From assembly GCA_963727175.1 (NCBI GenBank), contig CAVSFD010000002.1, positions 4,620,942-4,684,941 on the forward strand: a stretch of 64,000 bases of DNA. Direction: 5' to 3'. How positions within the stretch are numbered: position 1 is the first letter of the stretch; every line of letters starts with the position of its first letter. This document shows positions 27,630 through 38,076 of this stretch, one piece after another. The position numbers and the translations under genes are program-made. A model generated the notes under the pieces. That model made no database searches and had not been told where the DNA came from. It saw only the letters and a list, made by a program, of their open reading frames with translations. The stretch comes from an uncultured Spirochaetota bacterium (GTDB taxonomy: Bacteria > Spirochaetota > UBA4802 > UBA5550).

Positions 27630-30600
27630 TTAAACGTTATTGCCGCCCTCCATTACCTGCTCCACCACCCGCGCGATTTCATCGATCCTGTATGGCTTTG
27701 CGATGACCCCGCTGAACCCGTAATCGCGGTAATTGGCCATGATCGGGTCATTAGAATAACCGCTCGAAACAATGGCCCTGACGCTGCTGTCAAGCGTGAG
27801 CAGTTTTTCAATGGTCTTCCTGCCTCCCATGCCACCGGGGATCGTCAGGTCCAGGATGACCAGGTCGTACCGCGGACCTTCATGCATAGCGTGCTCGTAT
27901 AACGTGACCGCCATGTCGCCGTCCAGGGCTATGTCCACGGTATACCCGAGATGACGCAGTATTTTCGTGGCCGTGGTATTGACCGCCTCGTCATCGTCCA
28001 TGAAAAGTATCCTTCCCGACCCCCTGGAAAATAATCTGGGATTCTCTTTCTCAGCCGCAGCGGCAGATTCCGAAGACGGCAGATAAATGAAGAAGGTCGT
28101 CCCGGCCCCCACATGGGAATCTACGAAAATATACCCCTCATGCCGCTTTATTATGGAATATGAGCTGGTGAGACCCAGGCCGTTACCGGAGCCCTTGGTC
28201 GTAAAATAGGGGTCGAAAATCTTGGACTGGTTTTCAATCGGTATTCCGAGCCCTGTATCGGACACCGTGATCTTGATATAGTGTCCGGGTTTGACCGGAA
28301 GGCCGCTGTCCACCGACATGATGATATTTACCGTGGCGATGGTGAGGTCGCCCCCTTCAGGCATCGCCTGGTCGGCGTTTATGACAAGGTTCTGAATCAC
28401 CTGGCTGAACTGGCCCACGTCAACATTGACGGGCCAGAGATCATCCTGGAAGTTATAGACACACCTTACATTAGAGCCGCGCAGTATAAACCGCGACGAG
28501 TCCCGGATGATTTCTTCAATCGAGGCGATCTGGCGCACCGGCGCGCCGCCCCTGGAAAAGGTGAGGAACTGATGGGTCAACTCCTGGGCCCGCATCGACG
28601 CCTTCTCTGCATCTTCAAGCACTTCCATCAGCCGGGGATTTTCCTGGGCCGTTAATTTCGCCAGGTTGATGTTACCGATGATGGCGGTGAGGATGTTGTT
28701 GAAATCGTGGGCAATCCCGCCGGCAAGTATGCCGATCGATTCGAGCTTTTCTATCTTCAGCAGCTCCCTGTGGAATTTCACCTCTTCCGTGATGTCCCTG
28801 GCGACTATGACATACCCGGTCGTTTTGCCGGCACGGTCAAAGATCGGGGCCACGCGCTCCGCCACGATGCGCTCCTTGCCGTTCCGCCGTACAAGGATGG
28901 TATTGGAACGGTATCCTTCCGCGGCATCATGAATCAGGCCTGTCCTGGTCAGGTCCTTGGTACTGCCGGTTTTCTGATCGACCAGGACCAGGACGTCGGA
29001 TATATTTTTCCCCAGGATCTCATCCTGCCGCCATCCCGTCAGGTCCTCCGCCGCCTTGTTCATGAGATGGACGCGCCACTTGATGTCAGTGGCGATGACC
29101 CCTTCCCCGATGGAACGCAGGGTTATGGCAAGGCGCTCCTTTTCCTCCAGGAGGGCCTCCTCAGCCATCTTCCGCTCCGAGATATCGCGGGCTATCCCCT
29201 GGACGCCGGTTATGATGCCGTTAGTCACGATGGGCGAGAGATTGATCTCGACGCTGAGCCTGGTCCCGTTTTTCTTTTTTAAGGAGGTTTCGTATCCGAT
29301 GATTTCCTTCCCTTTCAGAAGGTCGCCGAACACCAGCAATTCGAGGCCCATCATCTCCTCGTCAATATAGTTTTTGAAATAATTCCCCACCAGCTCGTCC
29401 GGCCTGAAGCCGGACATGACCGTGATTGACGGCGAAATATAAAGAATGCGGCCTTCGGTGTCCATCATGAAAATGATGTCGAAGTTCCTCTCGATGACGC
29501 CGCGGAACCGCTCCTCGCTCCTTTTCAGAGCTTCCTTGTCGCGGATATGCTCCGACATTTCACGGACGATGTTCGCGTTGAGGATCTCAAGCTTCCTCTT
29601 CATCACGTTTATCCTGTCAGCCAGGCCGAAGGAAAAGATGAGTATCTGCCCCAGCATCGCGAATCTGAAAAACGACATGGTGACAACATTCATGGGGATT
29701 ATCCCCGCGGCCCTGAGAAGGTAGACAATGATGGCGGCTATAATGATAACCCACGAGGCCACGTAGAAATTTGCCTGGCGCACCTTCCGGCGCAGGGCGA
29801 CGCCGGAAATAAAAAAGGTCAGGAGGATCGCGCAAGAGGCCTGAGCGATGGACAGAAACATGGCATGCCGGCTGTTACCCGCTAACAGGTTAAACACGAA
29901 ACCGGCCGCTCCCAGGCCTATAACGGCAAGGGCGCCCCGGTCCAGCAGGGAAGACAGCGTCCGCGTGCTCATGAATTCCCTGACAAAGAGGATGTACATC
30001 GTGATGAATAAAAAATTATACAGGCTGGTGACAGAAAAGATCGGGGCGCCGGTCCAGATATACTGGGCACCGTGCCCTCTGATGGCCAGGGAAGCGAGGA
30101 GAAAGGCGAAGATGTAGAGCGAATAATAGAAATAGTCCTTCCCTCGAACCGACAAAAAGAGAAACATATTGTAGACCAGCATGATGATCAGCATACCGTA
30201 GTATGCGCCGTTGACCCAGTTTTCAGTCATGGTCCGGTTGTATAATTCATCCCGGGACATCACCGAAATTGGGATTGACATGGCGGAAACGGTCCTGACC
30301 CGGATGAAGCAGGTTGTTGCTCCGGGCCTCATCACGAGGGGAAACACAAAATTGGTGTGCTTGAATTCCCTCTTGCTAAAGGGAATCAGGTCGCCGGTTT
30401 TCGTAACTTTAAAACCGCCCGGCTGTTCCGGGACATAGAGCGTGATATCATCAAGGAGAGGATAGCTGATCACGAGATCGAGGGGAATGGTCCTGGCCAG
30501 GGGATTCCGGAAGGTGAACTTGATCCAGTATGCGGACCTGGTCAGCCCGAAGTTGGGGAATTCACCTGTATGCTGCTTAAACCGCATCACAAATTCCGGG

Positions 30601-30914
30601 GACGATACGCGGTCAATGGTCAACCGCGAGTCCCGGTCTTCGAAGTAATCTATAAAGGGGCCCAGACTTTTTGCTTTCACGGGGTCTTCAAGGACCATGA
30701 CCCTTTCATTTTCACTGACGGGGGCAGCCTTTCGGAAGGCCATACTTCCATGGGTCAGGCCCAACGGCACGGCAGCAGTTCCGTGCGCCGCCGGCAAATC
30801 GATGCTGCTGAAGAGCATGCAGACCCCCAGGCCGGCAGCAGGAATCAGGATCCCCGGCACGCAATGTTCCCTGAGATATTTGATTGCATTAAACACTACC
30901 GGCACACTACCCAC
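27630..30914 (-). CDS. 7TMR-DISM hybrid sensor histidine kinase (DISMED2-7TM-PAS x3-HisKA-HATPase-REC)
   Basis: The extracellular region is NFGLTRSAYWIKFTF...ISYPLLDDITLYVP, followed by seven helices and PAS repeats. The H-box is GGIAHDFNNILTAIIGNINLA, with a G-box and a C-terminal receiver (ILFMDDD...DLVILDLTIPGGMGG). Confidence 0.9.
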   Translation of the reverse strand: MGSVPVVFNAIKYLREHCVPGILIPAAGLGVCMLFSSIDLPAAHGTAAVPLGLTHGSMAFRKAAPVSENERVMVLEDPVKAKSLGPFIDYFEDRDSRLTIDRVSSPEFVMRFKQHTGEFPNFGLTRSAYWIKFTFRNPLARTIPLDLVISYPLLDDITLYVPEQPGGFKVTKTGDLIPFSKREFKHTNFVFPLVMRPGATTCFIRVRTVSAMSIPISVMSRDELYNRTMTENWVNGAYYGMLIIMLVYNMFLFLSVRGKDYFYYSLYIFAFLLASLAIRGHGAQYIWTGAPIFSVTSLYNFLFITMYILFVREFMSTRTLSSLLDRGALAVIGLGAAGFVFNLLAGNSRHAMFLSIAQASCAILLTFFISGVALRRKVRQANFYVASWVIIIAAIIVYLLRAAGIIPMNVVTMSFFRFAMLGQILIFSFGLADRINVMKRKLEILNANIVREMSEHIRDKEALKRSEERFRGVIERNFDIIFMMDTEGRILYISPSITVMSGFRPDELVGNYFKNYIDEEMMGLELLVFGDLLKGKEIIGYETSLKKKNGTRLSVEINLSPIVTNGIITGVQGIARDISERKMAEEALLEEKERLAITLRSIGEGVIATDIKWRVHLMNKAAEDLTGWRQDEILGKNISDVLVLVDQKTGSTKDLTRTGLIHDAAEGYRSNTILVRRNGKERIVAERVAPIFDRAGKTTGYVIVARDITEEVKFHRELLKIEKLESIGILAGGIAHDFNNILTAIIGNINLAKLTAQENPRLMEVLEDAEKASMRAQELTHQFLTFSRGGAPVRQIASIEEIIRDSSRFILRGSNVRCVYNFQDDLWPVNVDVGQFSQVIQNLVINADQAMPEGGDLTIATVNIIMSVDSGLPVKPGHYIKITVSDTGLGIPIENQSKIFDPYFTTKGSGNGLGLTSSYSIIKRHEGYIFVDSHVGAGTTFFIYLPSSESAAAAEKENPRLFSRGSGRILFMDDDEAVNTTATKILRHLGYTVDIALDGDMAVTLYEHAMHEGPRYDLVILDLTIPGGMGGRKTIEKLLTLDSSVRAIVSSGYSNDPIMANYRDYGFSGVIAKPYRIDEIARVVEQVMEGGNNV

Positions 30915-31095
30915 AACGAGTCTGATCCTTTTGCTCTTTTAATAACTATGACGATACTTCTCACCGGGATTTGACTCCGTCAATGAAAAATATACCATCT
31001 GGAAAAAATGTAAGAATTCCGTGTGTCGCGAGGATGAAACATCATTGACTTGGATCCGCTTGAAATTATGGAAACTGCCGTCGTCCACGGCGCCG

Positions 31096-31440
31096 TTACT
31101 TCAGATACGCGGCTTCGAATTGCTGCTTGGTCATGATGGTGATGACCTTGTCCAGCTTTATTACCTCGAAAATTTTTTTCAGCGATTCAAAGACATCAAA
31201 CATGATCAGCTTGATTTTTTTGTTTTCAGCAATCCGCGCCATCTTGAAGATATGATTGATGCAGATTGAATCTATCTGAGTGACGTCCCTGAAGTCAAGG
31301 GCGATCACATCCGGCATTTTATCAACCATGTCGCTCCACGCGTCTTCCACGTCTTTCAGTATATCCCGGGTAAGGGTACCGTGGAAATGCATGATAGCGA
31401 CAGTCCCGTATTGGTCAGTATTAATATCTAACATATACAA
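31096..31440 (-). CDS. STAS-domain protein (anti-sigma-factor antagonist-like)
   Basis: 114 aa. The layout VAIMHFHGTLTRD...VIALDFRDVTQIDSICINHIFKM...KIKLIMFDV is typical of SpoIIAA/STAS domains. Confidence 0.75.
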   Translation of the reverse strand: MYMLDINTDQYGTVAIMHFHGTLTRDILKDVEDAWSDMVDKMPDVIALDFRDVTQIDSICINHIFKMARIAENKKIKLIMFDVFESLKKIFEVIKLDKVITIMTKQQFEAAYLK

Positions 31441-31675
31441 TCACTCTGTCATCAGAATTCCTGTTATAAGAATTTTCAACAATTGTTCCACGCCGGCAAC
31501 ATGAGCGTTAAAATCTCACATAATTATCTGGTGACCGGCACATCTGTTCATAGGTTATCAGAATTCTCAAGTGCTGTCAATAGGTTTAATGCGCCGGTCA
31601 TGAAAAACTCCCCTGACGCCACTATCAGGGAAATCACCGATATCCCGTGGCGGACAGGATCGCGGCTGGAAGAAC

Positions 31676-33604
31676 TTACAGCACGGAACGCCGAATATGC
31701 TTCACGTCATCCGGGGATAAATCATAATGGTTCATGACAAAGTCGTCAGCTTCCACCGGGGACCGGACCCCTCCGAGAATGCCGTCGGCAAGGGACACAA
31801 GCTGGCCCAGGGTCTTCTCCCCCCAGAGGGGAAGCGGCAGCTGCTCGAGATGTCCCCGAAGGACCTTGATCGATGAAAACCTTTTCTGGAATATGAACTG
31901 GTAGAGGGACGAATTGAACAGGGCCAGCACCGCCTTGAGGGGATAGCATTCCGCACGCGGGATCAGGATATTGGCGCTATTGAGGGTCAGACACCGGCGG
32001 TCGTCATACGCAACGACCAGGTTTTTTGAAATGAACCGGTATATCAGCTTTTCCGGGGCCCGGTATTTCAATTCCGGCGCTGCCTGCTGGAACTTTTTCG
32101 GCATAAACCTGATGAAGTTCGAAGGCGTCTTGAGGAAATACGGACCCACGTCCTTCCCGGTGAATACCGGCTCGAAGCCTTCGTCTTCCATGGTGTCCCG
32201 GAGGTATTTCCCGTTGTCCCCCGTGACGATGCCCAGGGCCCAGTCAGCCATGGCGCGGAGCAGGACATGGTCATGACGGTAGACCTTTTCTATGATGCGG
32301 GCATCCTGGCCGCCGATATTGACATCAAAGACACAGTTGCTGTTTTTTCTGAAGCGCTCCTGGTCCACGGCGCGGGCCTCCTCCCCGGAGATCACGCGGA
32401 AACGTCCGGCGCCCGGCATCCTTGTCAGGTCAAGGCGTATAACCGGGGTGAAGACGTTCTTGAACACGCGGCCCAGCTGCTCGATGCGTTCGATCCGCGC
32501 GTGTCCGAGGATATATTCCCTGATGTCGCGGTGGGTCTTTACGTGCAGCATTGACTCAGGGAGAATAAAGGAAAGGAACCCGCCCCGGCGAAGAAGGCCG
32601 ATGCTCTTTTGGAGAATATACGAGAATGATTCAAGGGAACTGATAGCGGGGTACAATTCTTTCAGCCGGTCCAGCTCTGCGGGAGAAAAGTGGAGCCCCC
32701 ACGGGGGATTTGTCGCTATCATGTCAAAACCTTCAGACCCGGCGCCGCCGAACCGGTCATCCAGCAGAAAATCACTCCGGAATATGCGCGGCTCAAAATC
32801 ATTATCGCGATACGTGAGCATCATGTTGATCCGAGCTATACGCACCGCCAGGCCGTCGATATCGGCGCCGTGCAGCAAGAGGGGGTCCGCTGTCTTTTCA
32901 GCGAAAGCCAGGAGAAACTGCCCGGTGCCGCAGCAGGGGTCCAGGATACGCGCCCCGTCGCCCGGAAGGGCTCCCGCAATATCATCAACGATCCGGTCCG
33001 GTGTGTAATAGGAGCCGCTGCGGGCCTTGTCGCCCTCCCGGATAAGGGACTGGTAGATTAGTCCCAGGGCGTCCCGCTGCCGCGGCATGTCGATGCCGAA
33101 AAGGAGGTTGTACTCCTTATCCATGCGGAAATGCCCCAGCTCTCCGTGCCAGGATCGAAGCTCGCGCCCGAGGCAGTTCCTTCCCGGTATATGAAATTCA
33201 TTGCGAATAAAGCGATCCAGGTCCTGGTCGCCGCAGAGTCTCTCCGCGTAAAGCATGTTCAGTGCAAGGACAAAACATGCCCGGTCGATGTCAATGCCCT
33301 CGCCGATAACGTATGAAACGATCCGCTCGATCGTTCCCCGGCTGTTTTTTTCACCAAGGTATTCTTCCGGTATAAAGGATCTCTTCGCCGAGGCCTTGTT
33401 AGCACGGCGGGCGAGGCGCGGGATCGATCCTTCCAGTATCCGTTCATGGAGGCTGCGTACTTCATGGTACCTGAACATCATGCCGGAAAGGCGCTCCGCG
33501 GGCCGCAGGTAATCGTGTTTAATCCAGTTGCGCACCGTAGCGGAAGACACCGCGAGGATCGATGCGGTTTCATCAAGCGTGACGAACCGGCGTTCCGGGA
33601 CCAT
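31676..33604 (-). CDS. N6-adenine DNA methyltransferase (gamma class, Eco57I/TaqI-like) with N-terminal excisionase-type HTH
   Basis: HTH VTLDETASILAVSSATVRNWIKHDYL; AdoMet motif ILDPCCGTGQFLL; catalytic IATNPPWG; C-terminal target-recognition-like region (NSANILIP...LFNSSLYQF). A GGAGGA RBS precedes the ATG. Confidence 0.85.
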   Translation of the reverse strand: MVPERRFVTLDETASILAVSSATVRNWIKHDYLRPAERLSGMMFRYHEVRSLHERILEGSIPRLARRANKASAKRSFIPEEYLGEKNSRGTIERIVSYVIGEGIDIDRACFVLALNMLYAERLCGDQDLDRFIRNEFHIPGRNCLGRELRSWHGELGHFRMDKEYNLLFGIDMPRQRDALGLIYQSLIREGDKARSGSYYTPDRIVDDIAGALPGDGARILDPCCGTGQFLLAFAEKTADPLLLHGADIDGLAVRIARINMMLTYRDNDFEPRIFRSDFLLDDRFGGAGSEGFDMIATNPPWGLHFSPAELDRLKELYPAISSLESFSYILQKSIGLLRRGGFLSFILPESMLHVKTHRDIREYILGHARIERIEQLGRVFKNVFTPVIRLDLTRMPGAGRFRVISGEEARAVDQERFRKNSNCVFDVNIGGQDARIIEKVYRHDHVLLRAMADWALGIVTGDNGKYLRDTMEDEGFEPVFTGKDVGPYFLKTPSNFIRFMPKKFQQAAPELKYRAPEKLIYRFISKNLVVAYDDRRCLTLNSANILIPRAECYPLKAVLALFNSSLYQFIFQKRFSSIKVLRGHLEQLPLPLWGEKTLGQLVSLADGILGGVRSPVEADDFVMNHYDLSPDDVKHIRRSVL

Positions 33605-33795
33605 GAAGACATTCCTCCCCGTGAAGCCACCCGCGACCGGGGTGGCTGAAAAGCGGCGACCCGGGGCGGGTTTGTCCCGCTCGCATACATCGCCGTCATG
33701 GTTAATAAATCGACCGGTGAGAGATCATCGCATTAATACTTTTACGGAGGTTATGTCGCGTGAAGAGGATAAATTGAAATTAAAAGGAAAGGGTT

Positions 33796-34323
33796 CTACC
33801 GGAACAGCTGTATGACGGGGATCTCTATCAGGTGGGTCTTCATGGTTTTCAGCTCTTTCTGCTGAATGAGAAAACTTTCCCGGGCATCCGACTTGAGGAC
33901 AACGATGGCCTGGCTGTAGCCGGTCTGGAAGATTTCAACATTGAGGTTATACAGGCTCAATGCCTCGACCAGGGTAAGGACGTTCCTTTGCGCAACATTA
34001 CGCGCCAGGCTTTTTTCGCGGTACGCGGCGCCGAAGAGTCCCAGGCAGCAGATCTTTTTCACGCCTGCATCGGTCATCATCGTCTGGAGGTGAGCAACCT
34101 GCTCCAGGGCCATGTCGCTGTTTTCCTCCCGCGACTTGAAAAGGTGGTTCACGCCGAACCAGATTTTGCCCCTGTCATCCATGCCGCACAGTATCACCGA
34201 TACGCATGAACCAAGGTCGACGTGGATAACGTGGCTATCGTCCTTGACCACGGTCTCGTTGATATGGACATAACAGACTTTCTTTCCACGGCATTCCAGA
34301 CTGAACATCCTCTCATCGGTCAT
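33796..34323 (-). CDS. CheD-like chemoreceptor glutamine deamidase family protein
   Basis: By eye it aligns with CheD: DLGSCVSVIL (catalytic Cys), GVNHLF (His), GLFGAAY and AQRNV. I placed the start at ATG 34323, after GGGAGG. Confidence 0.55.
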   Translation of the reverse strand: MTDERMFSLECRGKKVCYVHINETVVKDDSHVIHVDLGSCVSVILCGMDDRGKIWFGVNHLFKSREENSDMALEQVAHLQTMMTDAGVKKICCLGLFGAAYREKSLARNVAQRNVLTLVEALSLYNLNVEIFQTGYSQAIVVLKSDARESFLIQQKELKTMKTHLIEIPVIQLFR

Positions 34324-34515
34324 CGCTCGCCTCCCGCGTGCGGGTAGTGTCATCAGGTTTCCCGGCGGTCACGGCTCTTCCCCGGTACAGTATACATAAT
34401 CAAATGATGCAAATAGTCAATAATTATATGGTCCCTGGAAGTTAAATAATGAAAACCATCGATATTTTATTACTTGACCGGCCATGGAACGTGAGATACT
34501 ATTCGCACCACGCCC

Positions 34516-34953
34516 ATGGAAGAAACAGACAAAATAAAACTGGTAGCCGTTGAGAATACCGAATCGGGAAAAAAAATCGCCTTCGCGTCATTTCTGAAGA
34601 AAGATTACGTCGCCAAATCCCTGGTCATCTACACTGACAGTAGCAATGTCATCACCGGCATCTTCTTTTCATCGGATGTCCACGGCACCGTGGAATGGAT
34701 CAACGGCTCCGGCCTTAAGAACTGCCATCAGTGGGAAAGCGAGGACCAGGCAAGGTCCCAGTCGTACCTGACACGCCGCTATACCGCAATTCTCTCGGAC
34801 GGGTCGGTCAGCACGGACTTCGCCCGGGACTTCATCATACCGGATATCCTCGACAACCTGGATAATGCCGATATTGCAGAATGGGTCGCCGACATACTGC
34901 GGGTCAGGGAGTATCTGGTCCCGGTCGATCTTACCCATTTCAAAATTAAATGA
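34516..34953 (+). CDS. hypothetical protein
   Basis: 145-aa ORF with ordinary composition. I recognise no motif. It is convergent with the acylase gene. Confidence 0.45.
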   Translation: MEETDKIKLVAVENTESGKKIAFASFLKKDYVAKSLVIYTDSSNVITGIFFSSDVHGTVEWINGSGLKNCHQWESEDQARSQSYLTRRYTAILSDGSVSTDFARDFIIPDILDNLDNADIAEWVADILRVREYLVPVDLTHFKIK

Positions 34954-34995
34954 AACAGCCGCAGTATGCCGGTGACGCCCCCGGGAATTCACCGT

Positions 34996-37431
34996 TTATT
35001 TCTTCAAGAACTTCATCGTGTATACGGCGTTCTTAACCACCTTCTCCCTGCTGAAATAATCCCGGTGATACCTGCCGTTAATGTACAGGTCCGTCTGGTC
35101 GCAGTAGTGCTTGCTGCCGGGATTGCCTGAAACGCCCGTCGGGATGACCGTGTATGAGTTGTCCCAGTCCGCCAGATCATAGGCGTGCCGCTGGGAGGCG
35201 CCATCATTCGAATCAAAGGGCTTACCCGGCTTGTAGCTGTAGGGGCATACCGTATGATAGCTTCCGCCGACCCGGAAGGCTCCCCGGTTAAGATTCAGGA
35301 GCAGGTCAAGGACCCTGACGGTTCCGAGGGGATGCTGGAGCGTGAGGGTGTGCATCTCGCCCCAGCGCCACCGCCCGGTGTTTCCGCTGAAGCGGTTCTC
35401 GAGCCGCTTCACGGCTTCACGGAAGCTCGTTACTATGACATCATCGCGGTTTTCCTTTCTGTCCCTGGTGGCCGGGTCGTCAAACCACCCTGAATCCCTG
35501 TTGCTCCACAACTGGTCAACGGCATAGGCGACGGTCACCCGTTCGTCGGCATACCTGTCAAAGAGATCCTGCCCCAGCTTGCCCCTGAAGGTGTTCACGA
35601 TAAACTCATAATAGAACTGCTCGAAGAGCGCCGCGGCGGCGCTGTCCCTGTCCAGGGTCCCGTCCCACTGCCGGAGCAGGTCCAGGGCCTTCAGCTCCAC
35701 GGCATTGAGACTGCTCAGCTCTTCGATGACCGCGATGATCCCCGGCTTCATCCCGGCCACCAGGGCCGATTTCTTGTCATTGTGCATCCTGGTAAAGTCC
35801 TCCACCGTCAGTTTTTCCTTCTCCTGGATCATCTCCTTGATACGGTCATAGCGGTACGGCGGATAGTACCAGCGACTGACGTAATAGGGGAAGGTCGGTG
35901 AAGTCCTGTTGTTGGCGGAAATGACCATTCCAGACGACGGGTTGTAGAGGAACGGCTGCTGCTCAAAGGGAACGAAGCCGCTCCACTCGTACTCATCCGT
36001 CCAGCCGGGTACCGGGCCCAGTCCGTCCCCCTTCTTCCTTATTGGTATCGCCGTGGCGCAGAAGATGCCGATGTTCCCCTTTACATCGGCGTAAGCGATG
36101 TTCTGACTCAGGGACCTGAAGGTGCGCAGGGCCGCCTTGAAGCTTTCAAAATCAGAGGCCCGGTTGAGACGGTACATGGTCTCCACCTCGTTGCTGAAGT
36201 AGTTCCCGGCCCAGTGCATGGTAACCACGGCGTCCTTTATTTTCTTGAACTCCGACACCACCGGCCCGTGCACGGTGAAACGGAGCTTCTTTTCTGCCGT
36301 GCGGCCGCCCTTTATCTTTATTGTTTCCTTCTGTATCTCCATGTCCCGCCACTGGCCCAGGTACAGGTACCTGTCCGGCTTTGACGGGTCCGTCTTCTCC
36401 ATGAAAAAGTCCATGTCGTCGATCATGACATTGGTCATGCCCCAGGCAATCTTCCCGTTGTGGCCTGAAACCACGAAAGGCTGGCCGGGGACCGCAACGC
36501 CGGTGACATCGAGGAGCGGCTCAGTGCCGTCCTTACCCACGATGCACTGGTGCATCTGCATCCATATGCCCGGTGCGTTCAGTCCCAGGTGCATGTCATT
36601 AGACAGGAGGGGCTTTCCCGTGGCGCTTCGGGCGCCGGAAACAGCCCAGTTGTTGCTGGCGTTGAATACGGAAAGGCCCATATCTTCAAGGATCTTCATC
36701 TTATCGAAAAGCACGTTGGCATACTCATGTTCAGATTTCACCGCTTCATCACGGCCATAGATGCACGATTTCGTTCTCTCGATATGGGGCACGATATCGC
36801 CAAAGAGCCTGTCGCCGACCTTTTTCCTCACCTCATCAAGGACCGTCTCGATGCCCCAGGGCATGGTGAGGTCCCAGGCCATGTACCCGATGAGGTTGAC
36901 GGAATGGACCGGCTTCCATTCCTCCGGCTCGTATCCGAGTATGGTGAACTCAAGGGGGAGATTGCCCTTATTCTTCCGCATGTATTGATTGACACCGTCG
37001 CAGAAGGCAAGCCCGGCGGCGGTCACCTTCCCGTCGCTCTTCGCGATCACCTCAAGCGATTTCTTCTCGATCCTGAGGGCCCGGAGAAGCAGGTCTACCT
37101 CCACCATGTCCTCGCCGAAAATCTCCGACAGCCTCCCCTGGGTAACGCGCCGGATAAGGTCCATCTGCCAGATCCGCTCCTGCGCCATGCAGTAGCCCGT
37201 GGCAAGGTAGAGGTCATGCTCGTTCTTCGCGTAGATGTGCGGCACCGCGTAACTGTCGCGGTATACCGTGACCTCGTCCTGGAGACCGTCGAGGACGAGA
37301 TTCCTGTTATAGTCTGGTACGCCCTTCCCTTTCAGGCAGCCGGCATATATCACCGAGCCGACGAAGGCCAGGGCCAGTACCGCGGCTATGCCGGCGGCCA
37401 CGCGTTTGAGAACAGCAGCATTCAGTTTCAT
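34996..37431 (-). CDS. penicillin/AHL acylase family Ntn-hydrolase (S45)
   Basis: 811 aa with an N-terminal signal/anchor. FNASNNWAVSGARSATGKPLLSNDMHL contains the beta-subunit N-terminal Ser nucleophile motif. Confidence 0.9.
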   Translation of the reverse strand: MKLNAAVLKRVAAGIAAVLALAFVGSVIYAGCLKGKGVPDYNRNLVLDGLQDEVTVYRDSYAVPHIYAKNEHDLYLATGYCMAQERIWQMDLIRRVTQGRLSEIFGEDMVEVDLLLRALRIEKKSLEVIAKSDGKVTAAGLAFCDGVNQYMRKNKGNLPLEFTILGYEPEEWKPVHSVNLIGYMAWDLTMPWGIETVLDEVRKKVGDRLFGDIVPHIERTKSCIYGRDEAVKSEHEYANVLFDKMKILEDMGLSVFNASNNWAVSGARSATGKPLLSNDMHLGLNAPGIWMQMHQCIVGKDGTEPLLDVTGVAVPGQPFVVSGHNGKIAWGMTNVMIDDMDFFMEKTDPSKPDRYLYLGQWRDMEIQKETIKIKGGRTAEKKLRFTVHGPVVSEFKKIKDAVVTMHWAGNYFSNEVETMYRLNRASDFESFKAALRTFRSLSQNIAYADVKGNIGIFCATAIPIRKKGDGLGPVPGWTDEYEWSGFVPFEQQPFLYNPSSGMVISANNRTSPTFPYYVSRWYYPPYRYDRIKEMIQEKEKLTVEDFTRMHNDKKSALVAGMKPGIIAVIEELSSLNAVELKALDLLRQWDGTLDRDSAAAALFEQFYYEFIVNTFRGKLGQDLFDRYADERVTVAYAVDQLWSNRDSGWFDDPATRDRKENRDDVIVTSFREAVKRLENRFSGNTGRWRWGEMHTLTLQHPLGTVRVLDLLLNLNRGAFRVGGSYHTVCPYSYKPGKPFDSNDGASQRHAYDLADWDNSYTVIPTGVSGNPGSKHYCDQTDLYINGRYHRDYFSREKVVKNAVYTMKFLKK

Positions 37432-37432
37432 G

Positions 37433-37927
37433 TCAACCTCCCGCTTTTCTTTTATCGAGCCAGTCCTTTACCGCCAGGCCGGTGCCGAAGGGCCACGGTT
37501 TCAGCTTATCGGGACTGACGTGGCGAATCTCCTCGAGTTCCTCGTTGAGGGAAATCACCCCGTCAGCAGTCAGATCGTATGCAAGTATCAGCTGGTTTTT
37601 CTGGAAGAAGGGGTATATGCCCACCAGTCCCCGTATCGCGGCGGTGAGGCCCAGCTCCTCGCGGACCTCGCGGACCACGGCATCCTCCGGCGTCTCCCCC
37701 TTTTCGAGAAAACCCGTCACCAGCCCGAACATCTTGTCGGGCCACCCCCTGCCGCGGGCCAGTATAACCGAGCCTTCATGCTCCACGATGGCGGCAACGA
37801 CCGTCAGCGGATTGTCCCAGAAGACATACCCGCACCCCCCGGCCGTGCAGGCCGGGTACTCCTTTCCTTCTATTTCCTTGTTGCCGAGCTGGCTTCCGCA
37901 CCAGGGGCAGAATCGCGTCTGTGGCAT
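37433..37927 (-). CDS. NUDIX hydrolase with N-terminal zinc ribbon (NudC-like)
   Basis: Zinc ribbon CPWCG...CTAGGC and Nudix box GFLEKGETPEDAVVREVREELGL. Start chosen at MPQTRFCPWCG (37927). The stop is 1 nt from the acylase ATG. Confidence 0.8.
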   Translation of the reverse strand: MPQTRFCPWCGSQLGNKEIEGKEYPACTAGGCGYVFWDNPLTVVAAIVEHEGSVILARGRGWPDKMFGLVTGFLEKGETPEDAVVREVREELGLTAAIRGLVGIYPFFQKNQLILAYDLTADGVISLNEELEEIRHVSPDKLKPWPFGTGLAVKDWLDKRKAGG

Positions 37928-38076
37928 AGGGCTGGTCCTTGCGGCAAAGTATTGTTTCGCAAAGAGAATGCAGAGGCGCCGGGAATCATCGGTTTGCCCG
38001 CCGGCGCCGGCGTGGTTATGTATAGCCCCATGAATCAGTAATGTCAATATTAATTCTTATGGACGGGACGATCCAC

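Noticed and set aside
31096-34953. Restriction endonuclease or other defence partner for the DNA methyltransferase
   Set aside because: The neighbouring ORFs are recognisably STAS and CheD-like, plus a small hypothetical protein with no nuclease motifs (no PD-(D/E)xK, HNH or GIY-YIG patterns seen). No R-M or defence system can be supported.
36550-37518. 322-aa + strand ORF antisense to the acylase gene
   Set aside because: The reasoning is the same: the minus strand encodes a complete Ntn-acylase with its nucleophile motif. Other long antisense ORFs were rejected likewise (21307..22053, 25566..26390, 46944..47735, 54058..54804, 38041..38784, 37388..38041).
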